This document shows positions 9,081 to 16,700 of a stretch of DNA of 21,813 nucleotides, piece after piece. Both the position numbers and the translations under genes were made by a program. The notes below the pieces were generated by a model that ran no database searches, was not told where the DNA came from, and was given only the letters and a program-made list of their open reading frames with translations. This DNA is from a virus (taxonomy: Duplodnaviria > Heunggongvirae > Uroviricota > Caudoviricetes), in the IMG/VR virus record IMGVR_UViG_2563366926_000003; one strand, 5' to 3'. Every line of letters starts with the position of its first letter. Position 1 is the stretch's first letter.

Positions 9081-9114
9081 GCGCTTTGTCAGCGCATCAT
9101 CGAAGTTAAAGAGC
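9081..9114 (-). promoter_or_regulatory. nutL (boxA + boxB), P22 specificity
   Basis: Minus-strand reading gctctttaa (boxA-like, consensus CGCTCTTTA) ... gcgctgacaaagcgc (boxB hairpin; 5-bp stem, 5-nt loop); matches the P22 nutL boxB as recalled; about 120 nt upstream of N. Confidence 0.7.
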
Positions 9115-9371
9115 CTGCCAATCTGTTCCGTTTGGCTGCCAGCGTCCTGCTGATGGCGATGATAATGAACCAATAGTTCGATATTATCAAGAACTATAAG
9201 TACGAATTGTTTGTGGCTCATTAACTTAATGAGATATGTTTTTGATATGTAAAGGAATTTATTTTTGTAAAGATTGAAGATTGGTCAGTAGGAGAGAAAG
9301 AATTGTTTGCTGGCGTGTTAGTTCGTGGGTTAGCACATGTGCGGATGTTAAATAAGGTAGACGATCGTGAG

Positions 9372-9398
9372 GAAAAGAAAAACCGGCGCTGAGGCCGG
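9372..9398 (-). terminator. Terminator ending the leftward cI-ORF299 transcript
   Basis: GC hairpin ccggc-gctgag-gccgg (9383-9398) followed on the minus strand by a T-run (plus-strand gaaaagaaaaa); sits just after the ORF299 stop. Confidence 0.5.
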
Positions 9399-9404
9399 GT
9401 ATAA

Positions 9405-10304
9405 TTATTTGATTATTTCTTTTATAAAGACTTCTTTCGGTTGGTATTTTTTATCTGATGATTTGAGCTGGTACGTTATTGTTATATCAGCACGTACAGC
9501 AAATTTACCTGCAAAATCTGATGGGTTTACGTTGGGGCCAAGAACCATATTTACTCTTCGATCTATTAATCCAGGGATAACAGCAGCCCAACCTTTCTCT
9601 GGATTGTCGAGGTCTAATGCACGGATTTCAACATCAACATCAAAATGATCCTGAGTATATGACTCTGGTGTGAAGACAACTTCAGTTGGGGCTTTTTTAA
9701 TGGTTTCAGCGGGAATGGTCACTGTACCACCCCCTGTACCTATGACCATCGTAGATCCTTCGTCTGCCCTAGCTGGGGCAAGCGTCTTAATGGAACTTTT
9801 GGCAAGAGTCTTCTTATTGGTTACCGTGCTTTCTATGATTGCTTGAAGACGGTCAGGTGAAATATTAGCCTCACCGGCACCAATATTGATGATTGTATTG
9901 TTATTTGCTTCAAAGTGGGAGGTGTTGCTTGGAGCCATAGCCTTAGTTGCTAGAACTAAGCCATATCCAACCAGACCAATAACAACAGCACCAACGAGAG
10001 CGTTTCTCATTTTCCCATTTCCGATCTTTGCATGAGCGCCAGCAAGAAACTTGTCCATTTCTTCTTGGCTACCAAAGAGGAGTTTAATAACAATATCTTC
10101 ATAAAGGCTTCCTGCTTCTAATCGCGCAACATGCACCGATATATCAAGGATATTAGCCCCTGTCAGTTCCTGCAAAACACCTTCTGATTGTTTTGCGATG
10201 GCCTCCCACCCTTGAAGGGAGGTAATCACATCTTTGATGCTTACAGGTTCTTTAGTTGAATAATATATGTTTTCGGTAAAGGTTAAAGATAATTCTTGGG
10301 ACAT
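9405..10304 (-). CDS. Hypothetical membrane-anchored protein (one central TM helix) in the rexAB position of the immunity region; candidate superinfection-exclusion / abortive-infection gene
   Basis: 299-aa ORF with a good RBS (gaggg, 6 nt upstream of the ATG), co-oriented with and 130 bp downstream of cI; central hydrophobic helix ALVGAVVIGLVGYGLVLATKAMA; visibly more AT-rich than the lambda backbone; no family recognised. Confidence 0.7.
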   Translation of the reverse strand: MSQELSLTFTENIYYSTKEPVSIKDVITSLQGWEAIAKQSEGVLQELTGANILDISVHVARLEAGSLYEDIVIKLLFGSQEEMDKFLAGAHAKIGNGKMRNALVGAVVIGLVGYGLVLATKAMAPSNTSHFEANNNTIINIGAGEANISPDRLQAIIESTVTNKKTLAKSSIKTLAPARADEGSTMVIGTGGGTVTIPAETIKKAPTEVVFTPESYTQDHFDVDVEIRALDLDNPEKGWAAVIPGLIDRRVNMVLGPNVNPSDFAGKFAVRADITITYQLKSSDKKYQPKEVFIKEIIK

Positions 10305-10433
10305 CCGAGCCCTCGCTGTTTCTTTCGATTTGCTGTGTTAAGCTAATATTTTAATATCCATGTTTCTGTTTGCTTGCAGTGTGTTTCTCACCACCATCCA
10401 AACGTACTGGTTACTAGCTATGTGATGATGAAG

Positions 10434-11141
10434 TCATGAACTTTTCAGCCATTCCCTGGCCTCGATGTCATCTAGGTGGCGAGATTGCTTCAGAATACCA
10501 GCTACATACTCCACCTTTGCTACTTGATGATAAGGCAACGTTATTGGCCTGTGGTCTTGGTTGATGCTTGTAAATTGGTATTCTCCGTCTCTGTCATAGC
10601 CAAGAACCTTGATCATGTTGTGCCCTTCAATGGTTCTGACAAACACCTCATCACCTGGGAATACTTTGGTGTTAGGCTCAATGAGTACATATTCTCCTGA
10701 TTTTATTCTGGGCCACATGCTGTCTCCTTTTACACGAAGACCAAAGGCATCTGGATCATCGCTATAAATCTTGAGCCACCCATCGCGCTCTTCGGTCATC
10801 TCGATGGCACCATCAACACCAAGAATTGCCTCACCAACCACGCGCACTAACCCTTTTTTTAATTTGCCAACAATTGAAAAAGTATCTTCATCATTCGCTC
10901 CATTTAACGAAGTGCCGTGCTGAAGCCAAACAACATCAACGTTTAGAAATTTCGCAAGCGCATTCATTTTTTCCTGGCGTGGTAAAGACTCAGCATTAAA
11001 CCATTTGCTAACGCCTTTGGACGAAAGAGAAAGGGCACGGGCTATGGCCATTCCCCTACCATGTTCATCAAGACCAGCTTCTTTACAGGCTTGCGCTAGC
11101 CGCTGGGCGAATTCTTTGCGCACTTTTTCATTCTGAACCAT
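10434..11141 (-). CDS. cI: CI-type prophage repressor (N-terminal HTH, C-terminal S24 LexA-like autopeptidase); non-lambda immunity
   Basis: 235-aa ORF; C-terminal domain carries the S24 catalytic motif (GDSMWPRI ... MIKVL) for RecA-stimulated autocleavage; divergent from cro across an operator region; no SD upstream, so possibly leaderless like lambda cI from pRM. Confidence 0.88.
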   Translation of the reverse strand: MVQNEKVRKEFAQRLAQACKEAGLDEHGRGMAIARALSLSSKGVSKWFNAESLPRQEKMNALAKFLNVDVVWLQHGTSLNGANDEDTFSIVGKLKKGLVRVVGEAILGVDGAIEMTEERDGWLKIYSDDPDAFGLRVKGDSMWPRIKSGEYVLIEPNTKVFPGDEVFVRTIEGHNMIKVLGYDRDGEYQFTSINQDHRPITLPYHQVAKVEYVAGILKQSRHLDDIEAREWLKSS

Positions 11142-11219
11142 GAGTACGATACTAAAGCACTTGCAAAAACTTTCAGTTCAACCATAATGCGTACTGAAAG
11201 TACGAAAAAGGACATTCCT
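11142..11219. promoter_or_regulatory. OR / pR-pRM divergent control region
   Basis: Candidate pR: TTGCAA (11161-11166), 16-bp spacer, CATAAT (11183-11188); a 15-bp near-palindrome cgtactgaaagtacg (11190-11204) overlaps the predicted +1 as a candidate operator; cro RBS aaggac follows. Confidence 0.55.
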
Positions 11220-11447
11220 ATGCAAAATCTTGATGAGCCGATTAAAGGTGTCGGCATCCCTGAAGTTGCGAAGGCTTGTGGAGTTAGCGAAAGGGCTGTC
11301 TATAAGTGGCTCAAAAACGGCTTCCTCCCTAAGACTGAGTTTTTTGGGAAAACGAAATACGCATCAAAAATCGAAGAGATTTCTGGTGGCAAATATCAAG
11401 CAAGCGAAATGCTTGAAATAAGCAAAAAGAACCTTCTGGCAGCATAA
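11220..11447 (+). CDS. cro: Cro-type repressor (HTH)
   Basis: 75-aa frame MQNLDEPIKGVGIPEVAKACGVSERAVYKWLKNG... with an HTH motif; internal ATG preceded by RBS aaaaagga; divergent from cI. Confidence 0.8.
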   Translation: MQNLDEPIKGVGIPEVAKACGVSERAVYKWLKNGFLPKTEFFGKTKYASKIEEISGGKYQASEMLEISKKNLLAA

Positions 11448-11454
11448 GTAACAC

Positions 11455-11489
11455 CGCTCTTTATCAATCTGCACCGCCGACAACGCGGT
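11455..11489 (+). promoter_or_regulatory. nutR (boxA + boxB), P22 specificity
   Basis: boxA cgctcttta (11455-11463) followed by boxB hairpin accgccgacaacgcggt (11473-11489); matches the P22 nutR boxB as recalled; located between cro and cII. Confidence 0.7.
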
Positions 11490-11553
11490 AACTAATTAAG
11501 AACTCATCGAAAGATGCGTATTAGTGATTATTTACCTATGGAAATAGTAAGAA

Positions 11554-11853
11554 ATGGAACAAACAAATTACAGCAAACTATCACAGCGCGACGTTGATCG
11601 CGCAGAAACAGATTTACTTATCAACCTGTCAACGCTTACTCAGCGCGGTCTGGCAAAGATGATTGGCTGTCATGAATCGAAGATAAGCAGAACAGACTGG
11701 AGGTTTATAGCTTCGGTCTTGTGTGCTTTTGGCATGGCATCAGACATCAGTCCGATTAGCAGAGCTTTTAAGTATGCGCTTGATGAAATCACCAATAAAA
11801 AACGCCCGGTGTGCAAGACCGAGCGTTCTGAACAAATCCAGATGGAGTTCTGA
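11554..11853 (+). CDS. cII: CII transcriptional activator (lambda-like)
   Basis: 99-aa ORF; C-terminus ...TNKKRP..TERSEQIQMEF matches the lambda CII C-terminus; follows cro and nutR. Confidence 0.88.
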   Translation: MEQTNYSKLSQRDVDRAETDLLINLSTLTQRGLAKMIGCHESKISRTDWRFIASVLCAFGMASDISPISRAFKYALDEITNKKRPVCKTERSEQIQMEF

Positions 11854-11875
11854 GGTCATTACTGGATCTATCAAC
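11797..11875 (-). ncRNA. oop: oop-like antisense RNA (antisense to the cII 3' end)
   Basis: The minus-strand sequence gttgatagatccagtaatgacctcagaactccatctggatttgttcagaacgctcgg... matches the lambda oop RNA as recalled and ends in a hairpin plus ttttttatt. The terminator stem differs from lambda's; the same change alters the CII C-terminus. Confidence 0.5.
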
Positions 11876-11885
11876 AGGAGTCATT

Positions 11886-12785
11886 ATGACAAATACAGCA
11901 AAAATACTCAACTTCGGCAGAGGTAACTTTGCCGGACAGGAGCGTAATGTGGCAGATCTCGATGATGGTTACGCCAGACTATCAAATATGCTGCTTGAGG
12001 CTTATTCGGGCGCAGATCTGACCAAGCGACAGTTTAAAGTGCTGCTTGCCATTCTGCGTAAAACCTATGGGTGGAATAAACCAATGGACAGAATCACCGA
12101 TTCTCAACTTAGCGAGATTACAAAGTTACCTGTCAAACGGTGCAATGAAGCCAAGTTAGAACTCGTCAGAATGAATATTATCAAGCAGCAAGGCGGCATG
12201 TTTGGACCAAACAAAAACATCTCAGAATGGTGCATCCCTCAAAACGAGGGAAAATCCCCTAAAACGAGGGATAAAACATCCCTCAAATTGGGGGATTGCT
12301 ATCCCTCAAAACAGGGGGACACAAAAGACACTATTACAAAAGAAAAAAGAAAAGATTATTCGTCAGAGAATTCTGGCGAATCCTCTGACCAGCCAGAAAA
12401 CGACCTTTCTGTGGTGAAACCGGATGCTGCAATTCAGAGCGGCAGCAAGTGGGGGACAGCAGAAGACCTGACCGCCGCAGAGTGGATGTTTGACATGGTG
12501 AAGACCATCGCGCCATCAGCCAGAAAACCGAATTTTGCAGGGTGGGCTAACGATATCCGCCTGATGCGTGAACGTGACGGACGTAACCACCGCGACATGT
12601 GCGTGCTGTTCCGCTGGGCATGCCAGGACAACTTCTGGTCCGGTAACGTGCTGAGCCCGGCCAAACTCCGCGATAAGTGGACCCAACTCGAAATCAACCG
12701 TAACAAGCAACAGGCAGGCGTGACAGCCAGCAAACCAAAACTCGACCTGACAAACACAGACTGGATTTACGGGGTGGATCTATGA
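11886..12785 (+). CDS. O: Lambda replication initiator O
   Basis: 299-aa ORF (MTNTAKILNFGRGNFAGQERNVADLDDGYARLSNMLLEAYSGADLTKRQFKVLLAILRK...) recognised as lambda O; contains the ori iterons internally. Confidence 0.97.
   Translation: MTNTAKILNFGRGNFAGQERNVADLDDGYARLSNMLLEAYSGADLTKRQFKVLLAILRKTYGWNKPMDRITDSQLSEITKLPVKRCNEAKLELVRMNIIKQQGGMFGPNKNISEWCIPQNEGKSPKTRDKTSLKLGDCYPSKQGDTKDTITKEKRKDYSSENSGESSDQPENDLSVVKPDAAIQSGSKWGTAEDLTAAEWMFDMVKTIAPSARKPNFAGWANDIRLMRERDGRNHRDMCVLFRWACQDNFWSGNVLSPAKLRDKWTQLEINRNKQQAGVTASKPKLDLTNTDWIYGVDL
12234..12362. repeat. ori-lambda: four iterons followed by an AT-rich unwinding region
   Basis: Four directly repeated, internally palindromic units (atccctcaaaacgaggga; aaatcccctaaaacgaggga; ...atccctcaaattggggga; ...atccctcaaaacaggggga) followed by an A-rich tract (caaaagacactattacaaaagaaaaaagaaaag), inside O. 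Confidence 0.85.
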
Positions 12786-13483
12786 AAAACATCGCCGCAC
12801 AGATGGTTAACTTTGACCGTGAGCAGATGCGTCGGATCGCCAACAACATGCCGGAACAGTACGACGAAAAGCCGCAGGTACAGCAGGTAGCGCAGATCAT
12901 CAACGGTGTGTTCAGCCAGTTACTGGCAACTTTCCCGGCGAGCCTGGCTAACCGTGACCAGAACGAAGTGAACGAAATCCGTCGCCAGTGGGTTCTGGCT
13001 TTTCGGGAAAACGGGATCACCACGATGGAACAGGTTAACGCAGGAATGCGCGTAGCCCGTCGGCAGAATCGACCATTTCTGCCATCACCCGGGCAGTTTG
13101 TTGCATGGTGCCGGGAAGAAGCATCCGTTACCGCCGGACTGCCAAACGTCAGCGAGCTGGTTGATATGGTTTACGAGTATTGCCGGAAGCGAGGCCTGTA
13201 TCCGGATGCGGAGTCTTATCCGTGGAAATCAAACGCGCATTACTGGTTGGTTACCAACTTGTACCAGAACATGCGGGCCAATGCGCTGACTGACGCGGAA
13301 TTACGGCGCAAGGCTGCCGATGAACTGACCTGTATGACAGCGCGAATTAACCGTGGTGAGACGATACCTGAACCAGTAAAACAACTTCCTGTTATGGGCG
13401 GTAGACCTCTAAATCGTGCACAGGCTCTGGCGAAGATCGCAGAAATTAAAGCTAAGTTTGGACTGAAAGGATCGATGAAATAG
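12782..13483 (+). CDS. P: Lambda replication protein P (DnaB helicase loader)
   Basis: 233-aa ORF recognised as lambda P; start overlaps the O stop (ATGA-type coupling); the extreme C-terminus may differ from lambda where the cargo island begins. Confidence 0.93.
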   Translation: MKNIAAQMVNFDREQMRRIANNMPEQYDEKPQVQQVAQIINGVFSQLLATFPASLANRDQNEVNEIRRQWVLAFRENGITTMEQVNAGMRVARRQNRPFLPSPGQFVAWCREEASVTAGLPNVSELVDMVYEYCRKRGLYPDAESYPWKSNAHYWLVTNLYQNMRANALTDAELRRKAADELTCMTARINRGETIPEPVKQLPVMGGRPLNRAQALAKIAEIKAKFGLKGSMK

Positions 13484-13722
13484 AGCTAAAATATTAGCTT
13501 TAAAATAAAGTATATCTAGCGAATATAATCCAGGACTGGTTGTAATGCCCGCAATAATTGATTGCGTGACTAATAAAATTTTTCTTCCATTGTAATCATT
13601 TAACCATAAAGTTTATGTGGATATTTTATTTGTGTGTTGATTTTTTTGTAACGTTCTGTATATTTCGCACCTCTTGTCATACCAGTTATTTTTTTCATTA
13701 TATTCATAACGTTGATTGAACT

Positions 13723-16700
13723 ATGACCACTGTGAATAAAAAGTTAAAAAAAACTGCATCTGGCGCGATTACATGGTCAGTAATTGTTACCCAGATATTA
13801 TCTCCAGTTTCTCTTTCTTTGATTCCGGCAAACAGTTTTGCATCGTCTGATAATAAAGATGTTACGCAAATTTATGCTAGCGATGAGCGTGCAAATAAAG
13901 TGGCCTCATTTGCAGTAAGTGCAGGTCAGAGTCTGGCGAATAATAATGCAAGTAGTTTTGCTGTAAATACTTTATCAACTCAGGCGACAAAAGAGGTCGT
14001 CGATTGGTTGCAACAATATGGCAATGCGCGCATCAAGCTTAATGTCGATAATTCTTTTTCCTTGAAGGATTCATCATTCGACTTTTTATATCCATGGCTG
14101 GATACTCAGGATTATGTGCTATTCAGTCAAACATCACTACATCGTACTGATGACCGTAATCAGACCAATATTGGTTTGGGGATTCGTCATTTCACTCCTG
14201 ATAATGCAATGTTGGGTGCGAATGTTTTCTACGATTATGATTTAAGTCGCAGCCACTCTCGCGCAGGTTTTGGGGTTGAGTACTGGAGAGATTATTTCAG
14301 GCTTGGTGTAAATACCTATTTTGGTTTATCTGACTGGAAGGACAGTCGGGATATTGATGATTATCTGGAAAGACCCGCAAATGGCTGGGATTTTTCTGCT
14401 GAAGGATGGCTACCTGCTTATCCGCAATTAGGGGCATCTATTCAGTTTGAAAAATATTATGGTAAAAATGTCGGATTATTTGGAAGCGATAATCTGCAGG
14501 AAAACCCTTACGCAGTTACTGGGGGAATTTCTTATACACCAGTTCCTCTGATTAAGTTTTCTGCACAGCATAAGCAAGGACAGAGCAACGTTCACGATAC
14601 AACCTTTGGTGTTGAGTTTAATTACCGCCCAGGCGTTTCCCTTGCTGAACAGCTTAGCAGTGACAATGTTGCAGTTATGCGAGAAGTCCAGAACCGGCGT
14701 TATGATTTTGTTGAACGAAATAACAACATTGTTCTGGAGTACAAGAAGAAGCATGCACTGAAAATCAGCTTACCAGAGTCTGTTCAGGGGGATGGCGAAT
14801 CAATCATCCCTGTAACACTGACAATCAACAATGCCAGTGGTGGTATCAAGTCTGTACAGTGGAATGATAGTGTATTCACTGCGGCTGGCGGTAAGATCAG
14901 TGGAAATGGCACATCATGGCAGGTCACTTTACCGGCTTATAAAAGCGAAGGTGTAAATTCGTGGAATGTTGGAGCCACGGTCCAGGATAATAGAGGCAAC
15001 GTTTCCAACTATGCGGTGATGAATATTAGCGTTATCAATAGTGGTGTCTCGACAGCGGATTCTTCTTTTATGTTGGATGGAGATTCATCTCCGACGATCT
15101 CTGCTGATGGTCAATCCACTCATCCAATAGTATTAAGCCTGAAAGACAGTAACGGTAAGGCATTAACCGGACTGGCTGATGACATTGAAATGTCAGTGGA
15201 ATTTACTGCGGATAGCAATAGTGCTCGACAGCGTGAAACGGTAACTGCCCCGTCATTAGGCGCGGTAGAGGAAATCTCTGCTGGTGTATATCGCTCTGTT
15301 CTGACTGCTGGTTCGCAGGCTGGCACAGTACGTGTAACAGCAAAAGTTCAGGGAAAAACCTTTACTTTGAATATTAAGCAGGCAGCCGTTATTGATAGTG
15401 ATGTCTCGACAGCGGATTCTTCTTTTACGTTGGATGGTGATTCGTCTCCGACGATCTCTGCTGATGGTCAATCCACTCATCCAATAGTATTAAGCCTGAA
15501 AGACAGTAACGGTAAGGCATTAACCGGACTGGCTGATGACATTGAAATGTCAGTGGAATTTACTGCGGATAGCAATAGTGCTCGACAGCGTGAAACGGTA
15601 ACTGCCCCGTCATTAGGCGCGGTAGAGGAAATCTCTGCTGGTGTATATCGCTCTGTTCTGACTGCTGGTTCGCAGGCTGGTACGGTACGTGTAACTGCAA
15701 AAGTAATGGATAAAACATTTACTCTCAGTATTAAGCAAACAGCAGCAACAGAACCTGATTCTGAGGTCAGTGCTGTTTTAACCGCTGCACCAGCAGAACA
15801 GGTAGTTGGTTACAATATCAATCTACAACTGGCAGTGAAGGATTCACAAGGAAATGCAATCACTGGTGATAACACTCTGAGCTTTTATGCTCTTAACCAG
15901 GCAGAAGGAGTCGAGTTTGGGGCTGTAACGGAAAAAGACGGTGTCTATAGCGCGACAGTAACTTCAAAACGAGCTGGTAAGATTCGGATCGGTGTTAAAT
16001 CGGGTAGTCACAATTTCTCAGGTATTGAGAAAGAAATCTCCTTTATTGAAGATCGAACACAGTTCGCATTCTCTCGTATTGAAGCCAGTAAAAATAATGC
16101 ATTGGCTGACGGCAAACAACAGAATACGGTGACTTTAAGCCTTGCAGATCGTTTCGGCAATGTTGTGCCCGGTTATGCTGTTACGCTGTCCTTACCTGCG
16201 GGGGTAACTCAAGTTGGTGGTGAACATGCTGTGTCAACTGACGAAAACGGTAATGCTGTTTTTGCGTTAATAAGCTCCACTCCGGGTTCTTACGTGATTA
16301 AAGCTCATGCTGGTTCTCAGATGTCTACTGAGTTAACAGTAACCTTTGCATCAAATATGATCGGAGCTTCACTGTCACTGACGCCTGGAAACAGTAGCTT
16401 AATTTCCAATATTCCTGCTAATGGTAAGGATGCTGCGGTATTGAATGTGCAACTGACAAATACGAATGCGTCGGTCAATGGACAGAAGATTCAGCTCATC
16501 ACCTCATCTGAAAGATTGTCTGTACCGACAAATATCGTGACTGATTCAACAGGGCATGTTTCCGTACCACTTACAACGGTGAGAGCTGGTGAGTATACGG
16601 TGGCTGCACGAGTGACTGACGGTTCCCATAGTGTGGAGTCTGGCAGCGTTAAGTTAACTTTTGTACCAGATGCTGCTTCCGCAGAACTTACTATGAGTAC

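Noticed and set aside
8916-9176. Plus-strand 86-aa ORF spanning the N start and nutL
   Set aside because: Overlaps the N start and the nutL boxA/boxB leader on the opposite strand; very hydrophobic but lacks an RBS; treated as spurious.
9405-10304. Possibility that ORF299 is simply RexA
   Set aside because: Similar in size to RexA, but the sequence was not recognisable as RexA on reading, it has a central transmembrane helix, and no RexB-like 4-TM partner follows. Treated as a distinct protein pending homology search.
12202-13289. Alternative-frame ORFs across O and P (12202-12417 +, 12334-12516 -, 12434-12757 -, 12516-12710 -, 12694-13023 -, 13098-13289 +)
   Set aside because: Overlap the well-supported replication genes O and P; chance frames.
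15030-15743. Direct repeats that could be mistaken for a CRISPR array or a mobile-element duplication
   Set aside because: Only two copies, a 357-bp period with no spacers, and an uninterrupted reading frame inside the adhesin gene; this is a protein-domain duplication, not CRISPR.
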